From: a virus
Virus record (IMG/VR): IMGVR_UViG_3300028048_000198
Location: 1 to 47,508 of that record
DNA length: 47,508 nt
Direction: 5' to 3' (one strand)
The notes under the pieces: model-generated
Told to the model about the DNA's origin: nothing
The model's input: the letters and a program-made list of their open reading frames with translations, nothing else
Databases searched by the model: none
Program-made: the position numbers and the translations under genes
Part shown: in pieces, positions 8,876-17,800 of the stretch
Layout: each line of letters opens with the position of its first letter
Position numbering within the stretch: the stretch's first letter is position 1

Positions 8876-9961
8876 TTATCTATTTCCATATAATAATTCT
8901 GCAAGATCCTCGTAAGTTATTCCTTGATTTTTAAAATTATTTAATGCATTTATATCATCATAGTTAAATGACACTTTTGGAGCAAGTAAGTTTGTATCAT
9001 CAATAATATAAGGAGAATTAGTATTATTCAAAGGATATAACCCCTCATTCCTACTACCTAAGTATCTATTTTGTAACTCTTGTCTTTTATTGTATTGATC
9101 TAAGACATATTGAGCATTTCTATTCCTTGCTTCTTGTTTATTAGCAGCTTTTTGTAATTCATTAAGTCTAGTATTATAGTCATTTGTAGCATTTACATTT
9201 CTATTATATGCATCAACTATATTACCACTACCATTTATACCAAACATAATTCCTAAATAATTTGCCTTTTGTTGGTCATTCATATCTGGACTTACTAGCA
9301 CCTCATTTATAGCAGCCTTTCTATAAAATTCATCCAAAGCATTTTCTGCATCAGTAAGTTCTTGGCTTTTACCAGAACCTCCACCACCTCTAGCAGCTCT
9401 TTGTGCAGCTTGTAGTGCATTGTTTGCTTCTCTCTCATCCATAGCACCTGCTATACCAGCTAGTGTATTATTATATCTATTTTGTAATGCTGTTTCAGCA
9501 TCTCCTATATCTCCTAAAGTATCAGCAAGTTTTCCTAGAAGTCCTGTTTCTTCACTAGCAGCTTTACTTGTTGCTTGACTTAGTTTACCAGCAGTATCAG
9601 CAGAAATAGCACCAGCAGTCTTAAGTAAATTACCAATATCTTCACCTTTTTGAGCAGTATCAGCTTGGTTTAACATATTTGTTAACCCACTAGCAGAAAG
9701 ACCTCTATTAGCTAAGTTTCCACTACCTTGTCTTTCTCTGTTGAAAGAGTTCTCAGCAACATTTACCAAACCTTCTGCAAAATCTCTATTTGCTCTTTGT
9801 TGTTGTAGTTTTAGTTTATCTTGTAAGTTCTTATATTGGTTTTGTACATTTTCCCAATTAGTATTATATGTAGCTTTTGCAACATCTCTTTGTTGATTAT
9901 AAGCACCTCTATCTAAAGCACCTACAAGTTCTTCTGCATATTCTCTACCTCTATTAGCCAT
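8876..9961 (-). CDS. Gln/Asn/Ala-rich virion-module protein (361 aa), paralogue of 9973..10827
   Basis: The N-terminal roughly 110 aa align with the upstream gene (YAEELVGALD..TYNT..VAENSFNRERQGSGNLANRGLSASGL vs YAREQLGELD..TYGT..VAENAYTANRQNQADLASRGIGSSGL). Confidence 0.6.
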   Translation of the reverse strand: MANRGREYAEELVGALDRGAYNQQRDVAKATYNTNWENVQNQYKNLQDKLKLQQQRANRDFAEGLVNVAENSFNRERQGSGNLANRGLSASGLTNMLNQADTAQKGEDIGNLLKTAGAISADTAGKLSQATSKAASEETGLLGKLADTLGDIGDAETALQNRYNNTLAGIAGAMDEREANNALQAAQRAARGGGGSGKSQELTDAENALDEFYRKAAINEVLVSPDMNDQQKANYLGIMFGINGSGNIVDAYNRNVNATNDYNTRLNELQKAANKQEARNRNAQYVLDQYNKRQELQNRYLGSRNEGLYPLNNTNSPYIIDDTNLLAPKVSFNYDDINALNNFKNQGITYEDLAELLYGNR

Positions 9962-9972
9962 TTATATCACCT

Positions 9973-10827
9973 CTATCTTATTCCTAACATTCCATATAAA
10001 TCATTCATTGTTGGAGCTTGATATGGTTTGTTAATATCAAAATTAAATGATTTTGTAGGTTCTAGACCTAGTTGTTGTAAAACTTTTGTAGCAATTTCTG
10101 GGGAAACACTAAATGTAGACTGTATTGCTGCTCTCATGTGGTCTGCATCGGCACCACTATTTACTATATCTTTTAATTGGCTTTTTTGAGCTTGTGATAA
10201 TTGTTGTTGAGCAGCAGCTACAGCATCACTATGTGCTTGTGCAGCAGCAGCCTGGGCTTGTGCTAAAGCAGCTTGTGCATTTGCATTTGCATCCCATCTA
10301 CCTTGTACTTGTTCTGCTAGTTGTCCTAATTGCATATTATAGTTATTTTGTGCTTCTCCTCTTCTAGAGTTAATTCCTGCTAAAGCACTATCTAAAGTAT
10401 TCTTAGCTGTTTGTAAATCTATATTATATTGATCTCTACTTTGTTTCTCCGTATTATCTAAGTCTGTCATTGTACTATAAAATTTATTGGCTAGATTACT
10501 ATATTGCTTACCTGTTTCCATTCTGTTTCCAACTTCACCTAAAGTCTTTAGTCCACTACTTCCAATACCCCTTGAAGCTAAGTCTGCTTGATTTTGTCTA
10601 TTTGCTGTGTAAGCATTTTCTGCAACTGTTGCTCTACCTGTATTAAAGTTCTTTCTTGTATCTAGTCTATTAGCATTTATTTGATTTACTAGATTGTTAA
10701 AATTAGTTTGTAGTGAACTTTTAGTTGTACCGTATGTTTTATTTGCTGCATCTTCTTCTCCTTTTAGATATGATAAATCTAATTCTCCCAACTGTTCTCT
10801 TGCATAATCCTTTGCACTTTTTGCCAT
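9973..10827 (-). CDS. Gln/Asn/Ala-rich virion-module protein (284 aa), paralogue of 8876..9961
   Basis: ATG at 10827 lies 6 nt after the SD aggtg (the track start at 10836 is GTG). Contains a poly-Ala/Gln tract AQAALAQAQAAAAQA. Confidence 0.6.
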   Translation of the reverse strand: MAKSAKDYAREQLGELDLSYLKGEEDAANKTYGTTKSSLQTNFNNLVNQINANRLDTRKNFNTGRATVAENAYTANRQNQADLASRGIGSSGLKTLGEVGNRMETGKQYSNLANKFYSTMTDLDNTEKQSRDQYNIDLQTAKNTLDSALAGINSRRGEAQNNYNMQLGQLAEQVQGRWDANANAQAALAQAQAAAAQAHSDAVAAAQQQLSQAQKSQLKDIVNSGADADHMRAAIQSTFSVSPEIATKVLQQLGLEPTKSFNFDINKPYQAPTMNDLYGMLGIR

Positions 10828-10853
10828 AAAAAACACCTACTTTCCTTAAATAA

Positions 10854-10882
10854 ATTATAACACAACAAAGAAAAAAAGTCTA
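10854..10882 (-). promoter_or_regulatory. Sigma-A-type promoter with extended -10 for the 284/361/1230-aa unit
   Basis: Minus strand TAGACT-17-TGtTATAAT; the -35 sits in the preceding terminator stem. Confidence 0.5.
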
Positions 10883-10893
10883 TTATATAGACT
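10870..10893 (-). terminator. Rho-independent terminator after the holin gene
   Basis: Minus strand agtctat-ata-atagact followed by ttttttt. Confidence 0.65.
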
Positions 10894-10895
10894 TC

Positions 10896-11072
10896 TTAAT
10901 TATTCATTGTCTTTCCTACTTGTGTACCAAAATAGAAAATTATGATCATATATACCATTTCAGTAAATTTATCATCTTTGATACCCATAAAAACTGATAT
11001 AACATAAGATACAACAAATAGTAAAGATATTAATGAACTTACTTTTAATAGTTTTATTAAAGCTTCTTTCAT
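10896..11072 (-). CDS. Holin candidate (58 aa, two TM helices)
   Basis: MKEALIKLLKVSSLISLLFVVSYVISVFMG...MVYMIIIFYFGTQVG; ATG at 11072 with SD agaggt. Lies immediately downstream of the endolysin gene. Confidence 0.6.
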   Translation of the reverse strand: MKEALIKLLKVSSLISLLFVVSYVISVFMGIKDDKFTEMVYMIIIFYFGTQVGKTMNN

Positions 11073-11083
11073 ATTAATTACCT

Positions 11084-11833
11084 CTATATCTTTTCTGAAT
11101 ATGTTATTCCATCTGAGCCCTTTATACATACATATCCACTAGGAGTTTTAGCCCATTTTCCATATTCATTATTAATTATTTCTAAAGCAGTATAAACTGT
11201 TCCTTTTTTATAAATTGCAGGAGCATTATCATCTGTAAAGTAAGCATTCTTTCTACCGTCATTTGTCATTTCACAAGTTTTCTTTATATCGTAGTTATCT
11301 CCTGCTCCATATCTTACATTCAAATTAAATAGTGTTCTATAATCTTTATTACCTATTTCTTCTCCAGTATATTTTGCAACCTCTGCTTTTGTTATACCAA
11401 AATAGTCATAAGGATTATCCCAAAAGTTGTCATTGCCTTTTCTTTCATCACCATGATAGTACCCATTTTGTCTGTTATCTAAGTGTATCCAACATGGTGT
11501 ATCTGTTGGAGCAATACCATTTAATTCTCCTAAATCCCATGCTACACACGATACTATTCCTGAAGGTATTGGATTTCCGTCTTTATCATAATAGCAACAA
11601 TCAGCAGCCAAACCTTCTGCATGGCGACCAACAAATCCACCTATTTGTATATCATAATCAGGACACCTATAACCACTTGAAATAATACATTTACTTGCTC
11701 TTAGTTTACTAAATATGTTTTCCATTTTGTTTACTAGGTTTTCATCAATTTTTATGTTTCCACAATGTTGACATTCAAATTCTGTACTGTGAAAATGTTC
11801 ACTTATATTTTGAGATTTTGTTATCATATGCAT
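11084..11833 (-). CDS. Endolysin: peptidase M15 (zinc D-Ala-D-Ala carboxypeptidase-like) plus C-terminal SH3-like wall-binding domain
   Basis: SGYRCPDYDIQIGGFVGRHAEGLAADC matches the M15 SGYR..N..vGG...S.H..G.A.D pattern. The C-terminus YRTLFNLNVRYGAG...GKWAKTPSGYVC is SH3b-like. Confidence 0.8.
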   Translation of the reverse strand: MHMITKSQNISEHFHSTEFECQHCGNIKIDENLVNKMENIFSKLRASKCIISSGYRCPDYDIQIGGFVGRHAEGLAADCCYYDKDGNPIPSGIVSCVAWDLGELNGIAPTDTPCWIHLDNRQNGYYHGDERKGNDNFWDNPYDYFGITKAEVAKYTGEEIGNKDYRTLFNLNVRYGAGDNYDIKKTCEMTNDGRKNAYFTDDNAPAIYKKGTVYTALEIINNEYGKWAKTPSGYVCIKGSDGITYSEKI

Positions 11834-11883
11834 ACACCATCCTTTTCAATTTTATTCCATTTGTAATAAGTTATTACAACATA

Positions 11884-11912
11884 ATTATAGCATAGTTCTT
11901 TTATTTTTTCAA
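11884..11912 (-). promoter_or_regulatory. Consensus sigma-A promoter directly upstream of the endolysin gene
   Basis: Minus strand TTGAAA-17-TGcTATAAT; the -35 overlaps the last codons of the XhlA-like gene. Confidence 0.6.
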
Positions 11913-12191
11913 GCCAATCATTACAGCTACAGCACCTATAACTAGGCTTATAACTGATGTTATTATATAATTGACAATACTGTCATATCTTTTAATAGGT
12001 TTTTCTTCTAGAGCCTTAAGTCTTTGCTCTGTTTTGTTTTGTTCTTCTCTCATGTACTTCATTTCAACAGCAAGTTTCTCAGTAGATATAGCAATATCTG
12101 TGATATTGTCAAAGATCTTATGCAGATCCTTGACATTACCTTTTAAATCTTCAAACTCTTGTCTAGTTACTTCACTTTTATATTCTTTCAT
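11901..12191 (-). CDS. xhlA: XhlA-like protein (N-terminal coiled coil, C-terminal TM anchor)
   Basis: Coiled coil EFEDLKGNVKDLHK...EQRLKALEE followed by the TM IVNYIITSVISLVIGAVAVMIGL. Position next to the endolysin is as in Firmicute phage lysis cassettes. Confidence 0.6.
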   Translation of the reverse strand: MKEYKSEVTRQEFEDLKGNVKDLHKIFDNITDIAISTEKLAVEMKYMREEQNKTEQRLKALEEKPIKRYDSIVNYIITSVISLVIGAVAVMIGLKK

Positions 12192-12207
12192 AGTTTATGT
12201 TTCCTTT

Positions 12208-14820
12208 CTAAGCACTTTCAGCATTACCTAAATCTTCACAGTATGCTGTAATTTTTAGCCATCTATCTCCAACTTGACCTTTTCTCCATAGTTTTATAGG
12301 CATTACAGCACCAGTAGAATTATTAACGACTGTATCACAAACAATCTGTCTATAATGTGTTCCTGTCTCTGTAACATCTACTGTCACTTGCCAATCTGTG
12401 GTATCAGTATCTCCTTTTGTAATTTTAATAGATCTATCACCAGCACTATTGCTTTCAAATGAAGCAACAACTACTATTCTAAACATACCATTTTTATTTA
12501 GATTAAAGCCTATCAACTGATTGTTATCGTTTTTAAGACCTCTGACAGTCTCTCCATGTCTATAAATACCTTCTAATATCATATTTTCATAGGTTGTTCC
12601 AACAGGGTTATTTAACGAATTATTGTTAATTCTCATAAACATTTTACCCTCTTGGTATTCAACTCCATAAATGACATTAAGCAAATCTTTTCTTATTTGT
12701 TTATTTAATAACTGTTTCTGTTTAGATATTTCACCATATATATCGGCTCTTTCAGCATTAACAGTTTCTTTTTTTACATTAAAATTTACAGTTATTTTTC
12801 TATCTGTCGTACCATTGTCATCAATATTTCTATTAACCTTGTTTTCTTTAATATTTAAAGAAGCAGAGCCTCCACCATCTCCACGCCATGCTCTTACACA
12901 GCCTTTAGATTGCATAATAGCTAAGGCTTGTTCATTAGTTAAACCTGCATTATTATCTGTTCTACCGTCACAAGCAAGTATTATAATATCTCCATTTTCT
13001 TTTATACCGAAATCCATACGAGGACTTTCAGTTGTCCAATTAGGAACATCAGTGTGTTCTTCTAGTTCTCCATTATTCATGTACCTATAAAATACTAAAA
13101 ATGCATTTTTTACACCTGCATCTAACATTTGTTGTGCAGTTGTTTGATTTGCTTGAAATTCTAATAATTGTCTATCTTCTGTAAAACCTATATACACATT
13201 ATCATCTCTATATGTTATATCATTAGGAGCTTGGTTCAATATTTGTCCGTTTCCTATAACAATACCTTGTTTCCAAGTACCACCCTCATTTTGATAGGTT
13301 AAACCTGCATTTGTAGTTAATGTAGTTTTATTAGATATAGCGTATTCATTAGGTGTTTTATTGTCATCTTTATCAACATAAACATTTATCTGATTATTAC
13401 CATTATCGTATTTAGGGATGGTTGCTATATAACAATCTGTATGGTCATGTCTTTCTTCTACATAAGTTATTTCATCATAATAATTGCTATTATTAATCTG
13501 ATCACTTAACTCATATTTTGTGTTATATATTATGTCATTTGTTTCTTCTTTTGAATAAAAATCTCTATTAGTAATTGCGTATACCATATCTAAAGTAGGT
13601 AAAGCATTTGAACTTGTAATTTCAAAATTTGTTTCTTCGTTGTATAACAATATATTTCTTATAGCATTTAATTGATTTAATAAGGTGATATTAGTTATTT
13701 CTTCAATTACTGGTTCTTTTAAAACACAATACACAGTAACATTATTATTAGAAAGCCATGTTTTAAAATCAGCTAATACTGTATGAGTACCATCATAAAT
13801 ATATAACCCACTAACATCTGGATTTCTATAAGAAATACCTACAACATTATTCCATGTGTTTGTAGCACTAACTGCTTTAAAATGACTAGAAAGTATTGCA
13901 CTTACTGTAGAAGTTCCTGTTGTGTCTAAAATATTGCTAAGACCTATTTGAAAACGTTTACCATTTGAAGAATTTGTAATTTGCCAATTTTCTGTACCAT
14001 TAAAAATAAATTTTTTAATCTTTTTATATTTAAACCATTTATTGTTTTGGTAGTATATATAATCTTTATAAGTTCCTACCTTACAAAGTTCTATATCTCC
14101 TAGTGATAACAAAAATGTATTAGATAAGGTGTTGTCAGCATTTTTAATAGTTAAATTAACATCTCCCTTAACAACATACACGCTAACTGGATTAGTAGGA
14201 GATGGCGTAGTGGCTTGGCTAGAATTACCAAATATTTTATTTACTCTACTATAACCAGTTGTATTTTCTAGTTGTGTTTCGTTTTGTACCGTTCCTGTAT
14301 TGGTCATTTGTAAATTGTTTTCAGATAGAAAATCACTATCATTTTGTAAGTCGCTTATCTTTGTAGGAATATCATTAATATTAGCTTTTGCAGATAATGC
14401 TTCTTCTAAATCAGGAGTTATTTCTTCTATTACGTTACTAGCAGTATCACTAACGATTTGTTGTTGGTCTGCTTCAGTCCAATAGTCTACTCCCCTAACA
14501 GGAGCACTATATCCTGCAAATAGTGCATCCATATAGGCTTTTGCTTGTTGAGATGAAGGTATTTTGTTATCATCAGATTGTAGTTCTTCATCAATATATC
14601 TAGAAAGAGTTGCTCCATCTAATTTCTTAGCATTTCCAACAATTTTTCCACCATTTAATAATCTTTGAATATCGTAATAGTTTTCATTAATAGCAGTTTT
14701 TAATATACCTAACATCTGATTAATATCAGTATGCTGGTAAGTCTGACCATCTTTATAAGTAGGGTTTAAGTCTGTTTCACCTATTCTATTATATAGTTCA
14801 TTTTCTTCCATAATATTCAC
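12208..14820 (-). CDS. Tail fibre/spike (870 aa) with an internal phosphodiester-glycosidase (NAGPA/DUF2233-like) domain
   Basis: Fibre-type N-terminus (LNGGKIVGNAKKLDGA, ISDLQNDSDF). ILACDGRTDNNAGLTNEQALAIMQSKGCVRAWRGDGGGSASL matches the DGR...G.t..e.a......G...A.nLDGGGS signature. Confidence 0.7.
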   Translation of the reverse strand: MNIMEENELYNRIGETDLNPTYKDGQTYQHTDINQMLGILKTAINENYYDIQRLLNGGKIVGNAKKLDGATLSRYIDEELQSDDNKIPSSQQAKAYMDALFAGYSAPVRGVDYWTEADQQQIVSDTASNVIEEITPDLEEALSAKANINDIPTKISDLQNDSDFLSENNLQMTNTGTVQNETQLENTTGYSRVNKIFGNSSQATTPSPTNPVSVYVVKGDVNLTIKNADNTLSNTFLLSLGDIELCKVGTYKDYIYYQNNKWFKYKKIKKFIFNGTENWQITNSSNGKRFQIGLSNILDTTGTSTVSAILSSHFKAVSATNTWNNVVGISYRNPDVSGLYIYDGTHTVLADFKTWLSNNNVTVYCVLKEPVIEEITNITLLNQLNAIRNILLYNEETNFEITSSNALPTLDMVYAITNRDFYSKEETNDIIYNTKYELSDQINNSNYYDEITYVEERHDHTDCYIATIPKYDNGNNQINVYVDKDDNKTPNEYAISNKTTLTTNAGLTYQNEGGTWKQGIVIGNGQILNQAPNDITYRDDNVYIGFTEDRQLLEFQANQTTAQQMLDAGVKNAFLVFYRYMNNGELEEHTDVPNWTTESPRMDFGIKENGDIIILACDGRTDNNAGLTNEQALAIMQSKGCVRAWRGDGGGSASLNIKENKVNRNIDDNGTTDRKITVNFNVKKETVNAERADIYGEISKQKQLLNKQIRKDLLNVIYGVEYQEGKMFMRINNNSLNNPVGTTYENMILEGIYRHGETVRGLKNDNNQLIGFNLNKNGMFRIVVVASFESNSAGDRSIKITKGDTDTTDWQVTVDVTETGTHYRQIVCDTVVNNSTGAVMPIKLWRKGQVGDRWLKITAYCEDLGNAESA

Positions 14821-14825
14821 CTTCT

Positions 14826-17800
14826 TTAATCTTCTTTTACCTTTCCTAGTTTACATACGAAACCAAAACTTTCTATACTCAAATAATCTGAACTCATTCC
14901 ATATATTTTTAATGAAAAGTTTTTACCTTTACAAGGAATTACTAGTTTTTTAGTCTGATAAGCACTTTCTCCTAATTTAGTTTTATCTAATCTCATATTC
15001 CCTAATAATGATATTTTCTCATCAAAACTTAGATTTTTTATTTCAGTGTAATCATAGATAACTGTACCTGTTCCTTCTTCTATTGTATAGTTATATTTAT
15101 AAGGATCATTTACTAAATGTCCGTCTACATACACTTCACAGAAGAATTCTTTATACCTATAACCACCTAAACCTTTAATAAATATGTTTTTAAGTTTTTT
15201 ATTATGTATAGGATATTGTAAGTTTATTCCCTTTGTTTCTAGTTCTATTTCCATGTCTTTACCAAAGTCGTCATAGGATGTATCGTATTCAAACATATCG
15301 TTCTCATAAATTGGAGCTGGATTAGGACTTTTATTTATTGTAATTTTTAAGTTGTACAATGTTCCTGAGAATAAGTCATCTCCAGGTCTATTAGATTTAC
15401 CTATAAAGTTACTTCTTCTGATAACATTTGATATACCGCCATAGTTAAATGTATCTGTTGAAACAAGAATATCATCACAGTATAGGTTTAGTTCATAATT
15501 TTTACCATTATCAGTAACATTATATTTCCATTTATGTTTTTCTAAAAGATTAATACTTCCTTCTGTAATGTTAGTTCTTTTCTTAGATATACCATAACTC
15601 TCAAATGTTATATTATTTGTATTATCTAGTTTACCACAATTTATACTACATTTTAAATCTCCTAAGCTTCCTGTATTGTAATCAGAAGCTAAATCTATTA
15701 TTTTAGATATTTGTTCTGCATTAGCAAACTTACCTTCAAATTCTATGGAATAACCATTTGAAAATGGAATATTTGATCTTAGTGTTGGTATAGTTATATA
15801 TCCGTTTTTACCATCAAATTTTATACCATTTTCTACAACCCAGTCCACAGTTCCTATAATGTTACCTGTTAATGAATTTCCTGATTTATCTGTAATATAA
15901 GTCCCTTGACCTGCATCAAAGTCATAGTCAATTATTCTTCTATTATCAGCTAGTAATAGTTTAAAGTCTGTAATATACCCAGTAATACCTAATCCTAGAA
16001 TTGAACTATCTCTATTAGCATTTACGATTGCGTCTTGTGGAACAGTGGTCTGCCCAAATATTTCACCATCCACAAGTATTATAACTGTATAAACATTATC
16101 AGTTTTGTTATAATCTACTTCTATATTGTGTTCTCCTAACAATGACATTTGACTGTTAATAGTTGTAGTAAATTCAGTGTATTCACTATTACAAATAACA
16201 TCCACACTGTTTGCACTATTTATTTTTATTGCTAAGTTTTTATAACTTAAATTTAACATTTGTTCTAGAACAACATTGTAGCTCCCACTTATAGAGAACG
16301 AATGCCATGTAGTTTCTTGTACATTTTTACTAAGTGGTAGTGTGAAATTAAATGCATCTATTTCTACATTCTCTTGATATGTACTACCTATAGTTGCTCT
16401 TATGTTCCATCTAGCATCAATAGAAATTGTTGGTTGTCCGTTATAACTTATATCTTGTGTTTGTTGACCACCACTGTAATCTTTAGCACCATTACCATCG
16501 TTATTAATAGTAGGAGTTCTATGATTATGTTGTGTACCGTTTATAAACGCATATAAATCTCTATCACCTATGTAAAGAGAACCATAGTTAGCACAATGCC
16601 CATAAGGAGTATAAGTTATTCTACAACCTGTATCAGTAGCAACAGCTGTACCTACAATTCTTATACCATACAAGTTAGAAAATTGAGAATTCTTTACAAC
16701 ATCAAATGAAGTATTAGCACCCTTTTCTCTTCTAGTCCTATAAGTTGGGTATGAACTAGATACTGTAAGTTTCCAGTTATGACTATATTGTGTATCGCCT
16801 TGATTTATTACAAAAGAACCTGTCTTAACTTCTTTACTTAATGTTGAGCCTAAGTCGAATGTGAAATTAGTTTCGTTTATTAGATTTGTGTTATTTGTAG
16901 TATCTTTTAATAAGAACTTACCACTTTGTCTATTATTTATACTTGTTGAACTTCTATAGTACTTTAATGTATAATTTACTGTTACTGTTCTATTTATATT
17001 ATCTGGAGTGGTTCTACAAATTAAATCTGCCTTATAACCATTAGCCCAATTAGTTGATATAGTAAATGTTTGAGGAGTAGCTTGACCTGTAGCAGTTGCT
17101 TGTTTTAAGTTGTATAAATAAGCATCATTTATACTATCAATATTAGTATTTGCTAAAACTTTAAATCCATTCTTAAGGTTAAAATCAGATCTAATTACAC
17201 CAGTTTTTATATAGTTATTATTACCATCAAGATTAACACCAATACCTGGTTTTATAATTAAATCTCCTACTGTTTTTGCATCATGACCGTTTCCTGATGC
17301 ATCTTCTACAATACCATTTTCTGTATCTCCAAAATTATATTCTAGAAGTGTTTCTTCTACTGAGTATTCTTCTTTTTGTGGAACTGTACAATATGCTTCA
17401 ATAGCACCATCTACCATAAACATAAATGTAGGTTTTTCTGGAAACCTCATCTCAGTAAATGCTTTTAAGTCATAATTATACACTAGAACATCTAAGTTCT
17501 TAAGTGCAGCAATATCTCCTTGCTCATAAGCTGTATTGAAGAATAACATATATTTGTCTTTGTATCTTATAGCATAAGAGTGTTCACTAATACCGTTATA
17601 TCTAACAGCTGGATCAGTTAGTTCTCCTAAGTACATTGTAACATTTGATGTAAGACTTTTTACTTTTGTGTCTATTTCTTTAACATTCTCAAATGTAATA
17701 CTATTAGAACTATTACCATAAGCAGCACTTGATATTAATTGATAGATACCTCTAGAACTTGCAAAGTATAATACATTTTCTATAGGAACTATTGTATTTG

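Noticed and set aside
5545-16556. Plus-strand ORFs inside the minus-strand structural genes (5545-5727, 6427-6765, 8200-8640, 10125-10367, 11332-11685, 11971-12231, 12671-13090, 14300-14485, 16374-16556)
   Set aside because: They are antisense to long genes with recognisable domains. Their translations are low-complexity L/S/F/I-rich or A/S/P-rich, they have no SD, and they break the strand-uniform operon layout.
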